NCBI GenBank assembly: GCA_030704615.1
Contig: CM060732.1
Location: 71,052,001 to 71,116,000, forward strand
Source: Takakia lepidozioides
Taxonomy: Eukaryota; Plantae; Bryophyta
Direction: 5' to 3'
Length of the DNA: 64,000 nt
Below, piece after piece: positions 1-10,368 of this stretch. The position numbers and the translations under genes are program-made. How positions within the stretch are numbered: the first letter of the stretch is position 1; each line of letters starts with the position of its first letter. Under the pieces are notes generated by a model that worked only from the letters and a program-made list of their open reading frames with translations, was not told the origin of the DNA and did not search any database.

Positions 1-380
1 ATATACCTTGTAATTATGTGTTGCGACGGTAAGAGAGACCAATTCATTCACCAAGCCACACTAGGCTACGGAGAAGTCATCACCCTTCTGCAGCGGGACA
101 CCTCACGTAGGGCTCCGCCAAATTCTCTTTGAACACATACGAGCCATGCCCACTTCCCATGCTGGTTTCAAGGTTACCGTGTGAAGACTTTGCATTTAGG
201 ACAAACACATACATTTCGTTCACGGAACCAGGGCAAATGCACATGCCATTCATTGTAAGCGTCTATCTGTGAATTGAAATAGAGTGTGTCAATCATTCTG
301 AGCTCTATTCTGCCATATTTTCATATTACTCTTTTTGTGCAGGCATTGTAGACATGGTGCATGGTGGCCCCCTTCGTTTT

Positions 381-512
381 GTCCACGGTAATAGGCCCTC
401 TTCTTGCAATCCTCGCCTATAGGACCTGCTTCTCCAGCAAATTTGTGCCGCTCACGCTTTGCAGCTACAACGTGAGCTCAGCTCCCAGGCTCACGGGGCT
501 GGGCTCACGCCG
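381..512. repeat. Terminal-motif copy 1 (GTCCACGGTAATAGGCCC ... GCTCAC repeats), putative transposon end
   Basis: 381-398 matches the reverse complement of 7372-7389 at 17/18 nt and is followed by several GCTCAC units. The same layout occurs at ~6520-6625 and ~9140-9239. Confidence 0.55.
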
Positions 513-875
513 TAGCTACGCTAGCATATATGACTACGGATCTTTACACGTGGTGAAAATATGGATAAAGAATGTCGTGTCATATACTGCCACGTGTTCT
601 GGTTTGAGCAAGAGTGATGCCACGTGTCATCAAGATTGTTTTCCGAAATAGTTTATATTTTTAATGTTCATATTTTAATTTTTAGTTTTCATTTAATATT
701 AAAAAGAACAGGGAGATTGCAGCCTTGGATTTTTTTTAATGGTATTATTTTTAATATTATTATTTTAAATGAAAGTGAATTAAATGATTTAAAATCTTCA
801 TTACATGGTGAAATTCCAACATGAAAACAGAATGGATCCCTCCTGCATACTATCAACCACAATGAGAATGAAAAT

Positions 876-1776
876 AGCTCAAACAGTGTGCGTTGGCGCA
901 CACTGTTTGAGCTGCCCTTATCATTGCCTTTTTCATTTGAGAATGGGCCACATAGGGCATGTCTCTGAGGACCGATGAACACTTATCTGGCAGCTCAAAC
1001 AGTGTGCGTTGCCGCACACTGTTTGAGCACACCTTGTCTTTGTTTTTCCCCTGTGAAATTCGGCAATACAGGGCATGTCTCGGAGGTTAAATCATCACTT
1101 ACATGGCAGCTCAAACAGTGTGCGTCAACGCACACTGTTTGAGCTGCCATGTCATTGCACTTGTCATCTGAAAATTGGCCACATAGGGTTTGAATTAGTG
1201 GTTGAATCATCACTATCCTGGCAGCTCAAACAGTGTGCGTTGGCGCACACTGTTTGAGCTGCCCTTATCATTGCCTTTTTCATTTGAGAATGGGCCACAT
1301 AGGGCATGTCTCTGAGGACCGATGAACACTTATATGGCAGCTCAAACAGTGTGCGTTGCCGCACACTGTTTGAGCACACCTTGTCTTTGTTTTTTCCCTG
1401 TGAAATTCGGTAATACAGGGCATGTCTCGGAGGTTCAATCATCACTTACATGGCAGCTCAAACAGTGTGCGTCAACGCACGCTGTTTGAGCTCGCCATGT
1501 CATTGCACTTGTCATCTGAAAATTGGCCACATAGGGTTTGAATTAGTGGTTGAATCATCATTATCCTGGCAGCTCAAACAGTGTGCGTTGGCGCACACTG
1601 TTTGAGCTACCCTTATCATTGCCTTTTTCATTTGATAATGGGCCACATAGGGCATGTCTCTGAGGACCGATAAACACTTATCTGGTAGCTCAAACAGTGT
1701 TCTTTCAACACTTACGGTTCAATGAACACTTACCTTGCACCTCAAACAGTGTGCGTCAACGCACACTGTTTGAGCT
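876..1776. repeat. Tandem array of 38-bp palindromes (AGCTCAAACAGTGTGCG-N4-CGCACACTGTTTGAGCT), period ~116 bp, A-B-C higher-order unit of ~347 bp
   Basis: Copies start at 876, 992, 1108, 1223, 1339, 1455, 1571, 1687 (half) and 1739. Loops cycle TTGG/TTGC/TCAA, and three diverged ~78-bp spacer types recur in order. Confidence 0.95.
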
Positions 1777-1875
1777 CACCTTTTCTACCACTGATGGCCT
1801 GTTTGCCATGCTCAAACACCCTCGTCTAATGCCTCACTCTTATGTCAATTTGAATGGACAACCCTGCAGGAGAAG

Positions 1876-4800
1876 ATGCAAAGTGTGGCGGAGGAGATCC
1901 CTTCGGGGCTGGGGAAGGATATCATTGTTGATGTTGACGATGAGTTCTATGAAAGCAAAGCCGCTGAGATGCTGGGGGGTCAGAAGGTAAACTCTCAGCT
2001 TGTGGTGCAAAGTATGCTTGCCCCGGGTGGGAGGTTGAAGATTCCCCTGTGTAGGATGGTTTCCATGCCCGTCGTTCGACCACCCCTCATCAAGGACATT
2101 CTCAAGCTAGAGGCCGAGTTTGTTCATGGGTATTTGGATGGATCCGCAGTGTTTTACGTTTGTACAAAGGATTCCACAGGCAATGAGCTCCTTGTGGATG
2201 AGTCAATCGTGGACTCCTGGGATCCTATTTGGAGACAGGTGAACGAATCCTTCGAACTTCTTCTCTCCAGGAAACCTTCCACCCAGGCATTCTCAGGGAA
2301 GATGTTTCACGTTTGGGATGGGAACCACCGATTGCTTGCATGGATGGCTGTTATTGGGAGGCTGCACTCACAGGAGGAAGAGTGGCATTACTCTGTTCGA
2401 TCGATGGTGCTAGATTGTGAGGGGAACATGATGGGTCTTCTGACGGCAATGAATGATGTGAACAGGTTGGTTTCTCATTCTACCTGTTCCACTTGCAGTT
2501 CCTTGGTTCTTTGATTAAAGTCCTTGAATTTCATTCTGACTTTCAGATATCATTCTGCAGAGGAACGGAGACATCGCATGTCGTTCACACACTGTATAGG
2601 ATACAAAGGATCGGGCAGATGCCCTTGACCAACTTCAAGACCATCCTTTCAGCGGAGACGTACAAGAAGTGCGAAAGCTCCAAGACATCGGAAACGTGGT
2701 ACTCGTTGACACGCGAGGCTTTCATGGAGTACATGTACACGGTCATCTGCCCTTTCCATATTCCTGCTTCCACATGTTTGTTTCTGTTTGTTTCCCTTGC
2801 CCTTCGGTTCATGCAACTCTCGTGCATTCCCTTGCAGCAAGACATTGCAGATGCAGGGGAGCGTGGCAAACTGGAATACTGCAGGTCAACCCCTGAGGAG
2901 AGAAGGACAGCAAAGGGGGTTGAGACTCACATCCAAAAAGAGATGACCGCTACAAGAAGGACTATAATGAGTGCTTTTGTGAAGCAGTTGAGAATGGCCA
3001 TCATTCGGAGCGCAGTTTCTCTTGGAGATAAAAAACCATTATAACAAGCCAGGCAAGCCAGAGATGGCCCAAGAGAAGTTACACAGGTTGTCTACCGCCG
3101 TTGTGTCTTCAGAACAGAAGGTGAAGTGGCTACAGATATGGAACTCCGATCCCACAGTTAGGGATACACACATGTTCCCCAGGCCGGAGAAAGAGAAGAA
3201 GACCCAGCGTGTCATTCCAGTCAGTGACAATGTGCTGGACACATGGCTTCACAAGGCCACTTACTGGAGCCAGGTGTGATGTCCTTTCCTGTGTCACTTT
3301 CTTTTCTCTTTTCCTGTCCTTCTCTTTCCATTGCCTCTCACATTCGCAGTGATTTTTTTGGGTTCATTCTTGCATTTGAATTGTTTGCAGTTGGAAGAAA
3401 GGGCACGGTCGGTTCTGCATACTCAGCTGGCTGACTATGGCATCACTATGACATCACCGAAGGTCTCCTTCGAAGCATACATGAGGAAATGGAGAGCCAC
3501 AGTGTGGCACTCTTGTTTCTTTAGAGAGTTCAGCAAGGAGGGTGGCATCAGTCGAACACATGACCTTGACCAGCAAGAAAAAGGAGAGGAAGCCTGGAAA
3601 CGATGCCTTTACAGGTGCACTCCCTGGGCAGTTCAGTTTACTTAGTGTCCTGTGGTTGCAATGTACTGTGACGCATACAGTTTAAGGGGAATGTGATGGA
3701 AAACTGAGAGACAATAATTGCATTGCATAATGAGGCTGTCTTTGTTCCTGCAGGTACATAAAGTTTGTTCTCATGGAAGAGAATTGTTTGGACAAACATC
3801 CAGATTTCGTGGACCTCTGGCTTGTCCCTGCTGGAAATCAGACTATGTTAACTACTGGGATCTTGCATGACTGGGGCCCAGACCATCTATCTTCTTGTGG
3901 TTGGTATTTGGATTGCCCTCCTTCTGAGACCCCAGCTCCGGAGGTGTCTTTGAGGAGAGAGAATGAGCGAATTGCAGCCACTGCCGCAGCAGCCGACCTC
4001 GACATTCATGAGCGAAATTTGAGGACTCTTGCAGAGAAGGAGCCTCCCGCTCAGGATACCCCGGGTAGAGGTAGAAAGGCAAAGGGGAAAGATGTTGCTG
4101 GTGTTGTGGGGAAAGGAAGGGGTAGAGGGAAGGTGGCACAAGGGCAGGGAAGTGTTGCAGATATTGGCCCAGTGGTGCATGTCCAGCAGACTCCACCGCA
4201 TGGTAGGGGATCCGTGAGAAAGAACAAGGGGGTGGTTGATCCCAAGGACCCGTACCATGCAGTGGAACATCCGACGAGGGTCATTCGCCCTACCAGGTTG
4301 GAGATGGCCAACGTCGGATTCCTTGCCATGATGGAGTCGAACAAATCTGATTACAAGGGCGAGCCATCACCAGTGTGGGAGAGGATTGTATAGTTCCTCG
4401 GCACGGTGCATGTTCTCTTTTGCATCTTCTCTGCAGTGGGCATGGATCGTTTCAATCCTCATGAGTATTCCATTGTAATTTTGTTTGCAGGCTAAAATGA
4501 CCAAATCCTGGGTGAACGGGAAGGAGAAGCAATATGCAGCCGAACTCATAATCTTGGACATCCCTGATGGGTTGGCAGTCCCGGATGTCCCTCCATCGGG
4601 TGCTTGTCCGGGTTGGAATGCTTTTGATGAGCGCTACTGGCGGTGGGTTTTCTCCTTTTGCAATTTTTTCCTGTCCGATGCAGGTGTTTTGGTGCTCATA
4701 CAGTCCGCCGACGTTCGCTGTCGCCGTGCACTTGCCAGCTATTTGAAAGCCTCGGGCATGAGAGTCCTGAAGACATGGAATTGTGTGAACAGCATGTACC

Positions 4801-5933
4801 TTACGAAGGGGGATCGTCCGGGAGAGATGGTAAATTTACCTTCTTCTTCCTCTTCTTGGTGGTTCTCGGATGGAGTTGTATAGGTCGCTCGATCTCATAT
4901 GTAGGGGCCTGATTTTTTAAGCTTCTTAGTTCCTTCTGAATGTGTTGTTCGCAGACTCGTTTGTTTGAAGCTGTTTGTCTCGTCCGAATGCATCCACCAA
5001 CGACTCTGGCCGGCATTTCGGAGTTCGCCATCACTCATGGGGGCAAGTTCATAGATGACAGGACAGATCCTCCAACGGATGACATGCACCACAACTACGT
5101 CGACAGCAACGTCTGCTTGCGAAGGGGGAATGGGGTTCCTTGGAGAGGGGTGAGGGAGAGGAGCCCGGCTTTCATTCAAACGATTGTGGAGTGCTGCACC
5201 TACACAGACGCCAGAGTTCTGGATTTGTCAATGGGCACAGGTTCGTCTCTTCAACATTCGGATTTCATGAGGTTTGATTGAGCTTGCACTTTCAGTACTT
5301 CCCACCGTTCCATATGTGTCTTCAATGTCTGCTTCCTTCATTCTATTCCACTACAGGTGCTTCGTACCACGCTTGCAAGGCCAGTGCCCGACATCTCTTT
5401 GGGATTGAAGGGGATGCTGAGATTTACAACAACCTCCTTATGGGTTTGGGTGTACACACTTCTCAAGTCCTTCCGAAGCCCCGTCCCGCTGATATTGATA
5501 CAGAGGAGACTTCCGACAAGGAGCTGGACTCCGACTTTGCTTGTGAGTAAGTTCAACCTGTGCATGCTTGCATTGTTGTTTCAATATCGAGAATCACTCT
5601 TCTTGAGGCAAAGTTCACATGGCAGACATCCTCTTCGTTGGACTTGTGTATTGCATATTGTGTTCTGAATGGGTTTTTGTCGACATGTGCAGGAGTCCGC
5701 GTGCTTCCACTTGCCCTCCAGGGCTATCACACCTGTTTGGACTTCTTTCCAGTCCTCCTCGGTCTTGCGTGCTACCTGTCTATGCGGAGGCACTCGCAAC
5801 AAGCATGACCGTTCATGGCACTCGGAGTCCACCCATCCACGGCCGTGGTAGAAGACGTGGTGTTGGGGCCAGAATCTTTGTGGATGACATAGCACAAGAG
5901 GTCGAGACTGATTCTGATGACTGTGACACTTGA
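1876..5933 (+). pseudogene. Spliced gene for a ParB/Srx-like domain + beta-class amino-DNA-methyltransferase-like fusion protein; frameshift near 3005-3020
   Basis: GT-AG exons: 1876-2465, 2561-2741, 2838-3273, 3391-3614, 3754-4387, 4491-4829, 4955-5240, 5357-5547, 5693-5933; phases are compatible apart from one shift inside exon 3. N-terminus: KIPLCRM..VRP...FHVWDGNHRLLAW (ParB-like DGxHR). C-terminus: ELIILDIPDG (motif IV-like), then ERSPAFIQTIVECCT...RVLDLSMGTGASYHACKASARHLFGIEGDAEIY (motif X/I/II order of beta-class N4C/N6A MTases). Confidence 0.75.
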
Positions 5934-6169
5934 TATGAAGTTTTCTTTTCGTTTTATTCGGGGCCAAATTTGAAATAGGATGGTTGTGTGTCCTTGTTGT
6001 CCTGTTTGCAATGTGTGCATGGAATGCACATTAATGGGAACAAACTATTGTTGGAGATGGGGGTTGCATGGACTGCCCGGATTGTTCCTTCAATCTATTT
6101 AGTGTTCTCTGGACCTCACAGACTTGAGTGCATTGCAAATTCAAACAAACGACTTTGGTTCGTGTAGAG

Positions 6170-6400
6170 CATTCTCGCATCAGTTGCTCGTTGGTCTCCA
6201 AACCATTCATGCTAGAAGAATGGTTGGTGAATCCATCACGGTGAAGTCCACCTCATCAAAGAGCTGTGAGGCATTCTCAAATCTAATGAGCATCCATGAT
6301 GCTCCCGCACATACCTGACATGTTCGCAAGGGTGGTGAGTAAGAAAAGATTTCGCAGGGTTCCACTTTAGATCATGTCAGTGTGCACCTCCTCACGACGT
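6170..6400 (-). pseudogene. Degenerate PLS-type PPR gene fragment
   Basis: The minus strand reads EEVHTDMI*SG..NLFLLTTLANM..CGSIMDAH. 6287-6310 is the exact reverse complement of 45577-45600 in the PPR pseudogene cluster. Confidence 0.7.
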
Positions 6401-6519
6401 ACCCACATAAACTTGTGAGGGCTTGGTATGTTGATAACGTCTGCATGGATGCAATGGATACAATGGATGTAACATATCCACTCTGCATTCCCGGGAAATG
6501 GCTGATCAACCCGCGGAAA

Positions 6520-6625
6520 TAGGTGACACCCGCGGAAATAGGCCCTGTATGTATGCTGACGTGGCGTGAGCCTGTGCTGGGCTCACGGTTTCCTGGGCTC
6601 ACAGGCTCACGCCTCCGGGCTCACA
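6520..6625. repeat. Terminal-motif copy 2 (AATAGGCCC ... GTGAGC/GCTCAC repeats)
   Basis: CGGAAATAGGCCCT is followed by a CGTGAGC...GCTCACG hairpin and four GGCTCAC units, in the same orientation as 381-512. Confidence 0.5.
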
Positions 6626-6649
6626 GAATAACACCCCCCTTATATATGC

Positions 6650-7255
6650 TAGTCATATATTTTGTCTGTGTGCCACATGTCACATCTCAAGTGCAACAGG
6701 TGTCCCGCTAATATCTCTCCATGTAGACATCCCTGTAGTCATATGAGCGAGTCATGTAGTCACCACGTGTGAAATCTGCCATAGCACACGTGTCTCGCTA
6801 GTGCCTCTCCATGTAGGCATCTCTGTGCAGACATGTAGTCATATGATCATGGCAAGAAGTTGTGACATGTCAAATTCGCAGTGGCGCACGTGTCCATCCG
6901 TCGCCTCTCCATGTAGGCATCACTTTGCAGATATATAGTCATATGATCCCCTGACGAATGCATGACGTGTCGTTTGCGCAGTGGCGCACGTGTCCCGCTG
7001 AAGCCTCTCCATGTAGGCAGCGCTCAACAGACAATGTAGTCATATATTAGTCATATAGTTGTGACTGCAACCCTCTCTGCATCAGGACTCCAGGTGCCAC
7101 GCAAGCAGTCATGGATATGACTTGCAAAACGCAGTCCTAAAGACTAGTCGCTATGACAGGGGTTTTTTCACTACAGAGTGATGTAGTCATGAACGCATAT
7201 AAGACTGAAAAAATAGTCATATGTGAAGTCATAAAAACGCTCATCTGTTGTAGTG
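6650..7255. mobile_element. CACTA (EnSpm) transposon end with subterminal repeats
   Basis: Ends in ATCTGTTGTAGTG (reverse complement CACTACAACAGAT), identical to 49040-49052. It is preceded by four ~100-bp repeats (CTCTCCATGTAG..TAGTCATAT). The partner end was not found in the window. Confidence 0.75.
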
Positions 7256-9239
7256 CCGTGAGCAGAACCCGTGAGCAGATTCCCTTATCCGTGAGCAGAT
7301 TCCCCTAAGTGTGAGCAAATTGTAAGCGTGAGCAGATTAGTGATGCGGACCCTAAAAACGAGGGAACAAGTGGGCCTATTGCCGTGGACACAAACTCCAT
7401 TGCAACGACGCAATCTTCTCTCCATCGGACCAAAGACAGACAGGCTCCATGACAACAATGTGACACGAATGTGCGATGAAAAACTGACGGATGAATGTAT
7501 TTGTGATGAACGTAAAAGGGAATGGATGAACATTGGATGAACGTTGGATGAGTGCCGGATGAAAAATTGCCTAGATGAGTGAACCATGGATGACTGCAAC
7601 AACATGTATCCTTACCGATCAGCATGTGCGCAGGGATCCATGTGTTGTTGAGTTTAAATAAATGTATTTTAATTTGGCGGAAGCTTAATTCCGGCCCAAA
7701 AGACCAGCCAGATCAAGCTGGCGTCAACGCCACCTTCATCTGACACATTCAGAGGGGAAAAAACAAAAAACAATATATTTTTTGGAAAACTTGCAAATGA
7801 CCCTAGCCCTTGCTTTGCAACAAAAGACCTGGCGTTTACCCAGCATGGATTTCTGGTCACCTGGAAGAAGAACATGACAACCAATCATAAGCCGAGTAAT
7901 TTGTAGATGCCATTCACCCCAACTAGCACACCAAAAGACCAGCCAGATTACGGTGTCGTTGACGACACCTTAATCTGGCACATTCGGGAAAAATAAAATA
8001 AAATAAAATAAAATAGAATAAAATAAAAATAAAAATAATATATTTGGGGAAAACTTGCAAATGAACCCAACCCCTGCTTTGCAAGCAAAAGACCTAGCGT
8101 TCCAGCATAGATTTCTGGTCACATGGAAGAATGGCATGACAATGAATCATAAGTTATGTGGTCCGAGCAATTTGTAGATGCCATTCACCCCAAATAACAC
8201 ACCAGAAGACCAGCCAGATTACGACACCTTAATCTGGCACATTCGGGAAAAACCCTACCCCTGCTTTGCAAGCAAAAGACCTAGCGTTTACCCAGCATGG
8301 ATTTCTGGTCACATGGAAGAATGACATGACAACGAATCATAAGTTATGTGGTCCGAGCAATTTGTAGATGCAATTCACCCCAAATAACACACCAGAAGAC
8401 TAGCCAGATTAAGGTAGATTAAGGTGTCGTTGACGACACCTTAATCTGGCACATTCGGGGAAAAATAAAAATAAAATAAAAATTGGAAAACTTGCAAATG
8501 AACCCAACCCCTATTTTGCAAGCAAAAGACTTGGCGTTTACCCAGCATAGATTTCTGGTCACATGGAAGAAGGACATGACAACAAATCATAAGTTATGTG
8601 GTCCGAACAATTTGTAGATGCCATTCATCCCAAATAGCACACCAGAAGACGTTACAGATGCCATGTTGTGCGGAGGCTGCAGCTTGCAAATTTAGTTTCC
8701 TCTCTTCTCCCCCTCCTGTGCTTTACGACAAAGAGGATTTTGTGCAGAGCAAGGCTAGTGTCTTCATAGACAGTTCTGCCTTCGTTTTGGACTCTGACTC
8801 CAGTAGCAATGGATATTCTTCGTCGGAATGAATAGGCTATTTCAAACGATTTATATTAAAGCACCAAACGGCCTCTCCACCTTCTTTGCAATTGGGTGTC
8901 AGCATCTCTCTCGACTTAGGATACCTGGTGAAAGGACAACCACAACCCTCTGCAATTGGTAGAGGTTCACTCTGGAGCTCGGGGGATTTGGCAACCACTA
9001 CTCAAAAATGCTTTTAAATTTTGCATTCAACCACAAACTACATTCATCCATGTGCCATTCGTCCAACATACATTCATCGCCCATTCATCCGTCATTCATC
9101 CATAACGATGAATTGGTATGCATGTTATACTGGACACTACCCACAGTAATAGGTCCTCTAAGCCGAATAGGTGTCCGCAGTTATAGGTGAGCACATCTAG
9201 AAGCGTGAGCATAATTCTGCTCACGGATTCTGCTCACGG
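7256..9239. mobile_element. Non-autonomous TIR element (~2.0 kb)
   Basis: 24-bp terminal inverted repeats at 7256-7279 and 9216-9239 (23/24). Mirrored subterminal blocks (GGATGAA runs ~7490-7590 vs TTCATCC runs ~9040-9100). No coding capacity seen; no TSD resolved. Confidence 0.75.
7696..8650. repeat. Four ~190-270-bp tandem units, each with a 38-bp palindrome (GCCAGATTAAGGTGTCG-TTGA-CGACACCTTAATCTGGC consensus)
   Basis: Units start at about 7696, 7931, 8202 and 8392 (stub at 8642). Palindromes: 7707-7744, 7942-7979, 8213-8238 (centre deleted), 8403-8450 (10-bp duplication in the left arm). Confidence 0.9.
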
Positions 9240-10022
9240 TTTAGCAATCCCCCACAATGTTAAGATTGTAGGTGCCGCCCGCGACGAATGTGTCCATGCT
9301 CAAACCCTCATTGTCGGCTTCCATGAGGCTCCCGTCTTCCATAATGAAAACAATCATTCAAAAATATGAAATTACAAAAACTCATGTACAATTTTGAGGT
9401 TAGAAATACCTATTTTCATAGAGTCCTTTACGGTGGCTGATGTTGAGGAAAAAAGGCTTTGTGATTGCCACCGGCGGTATAGTCTTCAAACAATTGTCGA
9501 ATGGAATGCCCTCACCCCCATGGACCATAACAAACCCGTGAGGAAAGGGTGGTCCAGAGGTCCCCGAAAAAATGACACCTATTCTGCTAGTAAAGTCATA
9601 ACTCACCAAGTAACAACTATGCGTTTTTTCAATCTTCCTTATGTGGTATGTGCAAAATGGTAAAGTTAAAAGAAATACCGTTGTGTCCTTCACGTCGATA
9701 GAAAAAATAAAAATAAAGAATAAAAATTGAATGCAAGTAAAAAATATGAAATAATAACACCATGTTGTGATTATTTTTTCCAGAACCTGTTCTTACTAAT
9801 ATGATTTACAGGCTTCCTCCCGTTTTATTTAAAAAAAAATCGAAATGAACTAAATGTGATGAAAGTGAATGTATATTGGAATTGAACGTGATAGAATTGG
9901 GAAGATAATAGGAATAATGTAAGAACTTAATGCACACGTGCAACCTCCGACAGGATGGTACGCCGGTTTCTGGCATGTCAAATCTTCCCCACCCTCTCTT
10001 GAGAGTGACATGGAACTGAAGG

Positions 10023-10368
10023 AGTGTCAACTCCAGTGGGGGTTACACGACGAGGTGTGTAACTCCACTTGGGGTTACATCGGGTTACACAACGAGGTGT
10101 GTAACTCCACTCGGGGTTACATCGGGTTACACAACGAGGTGTGTAACTCCACTCGGGGTTACATCGGGCTACACGACGAAGTATGTAACTCCACTCGAGG
10201 GTTACACAGAATGGAGTGTAACTCCAGTCGGTGTAACCCACACTTGCTCTCGAAATTTGACTAAGTCCAAATGTGGCTAAGTATAAAATGGACCAACCAG
10301 AGTTACATGAGAAATCGGGGTTACAGAGGGTTACACCAAGTGGAGGGTTACATCGACCGGGGTTACAC
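10023..10368. repeat. 42-bp minisatellite with TGTAACTCC-N4-GGGGTTACA imperfect palindrome plus scattered GGGTTACA units
   Basis: Units start at 10051, 10093, 10135 and 10177; further GGTTACA motifs run to 10368. Confidence 0.85.

Noticed and set aside
689-1445. Short ORFs containing SNSVRQRTLFEL / AQTVCA
   Set aside because: These are translations of the palindromic repeat on both strands, with no evidence of coding.
876-1776. CRISPR array
   Set aside because: The spacers are 78 bp, homologous to each other and repeat in an A-B-C cycle. There are no cas genes and the context is eukaryotic.
7169-7255. Tiny CACTA MITE starting at CACTACAG
   Set aside because: Only 7 nt match the TIR, and the flanks (TTT/CCG) are not a TSD.
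9938-10264. ORF with HNEVCNSTRGYIGL repeats
   Set aside because: By-product of the 42-bp minisatellite.
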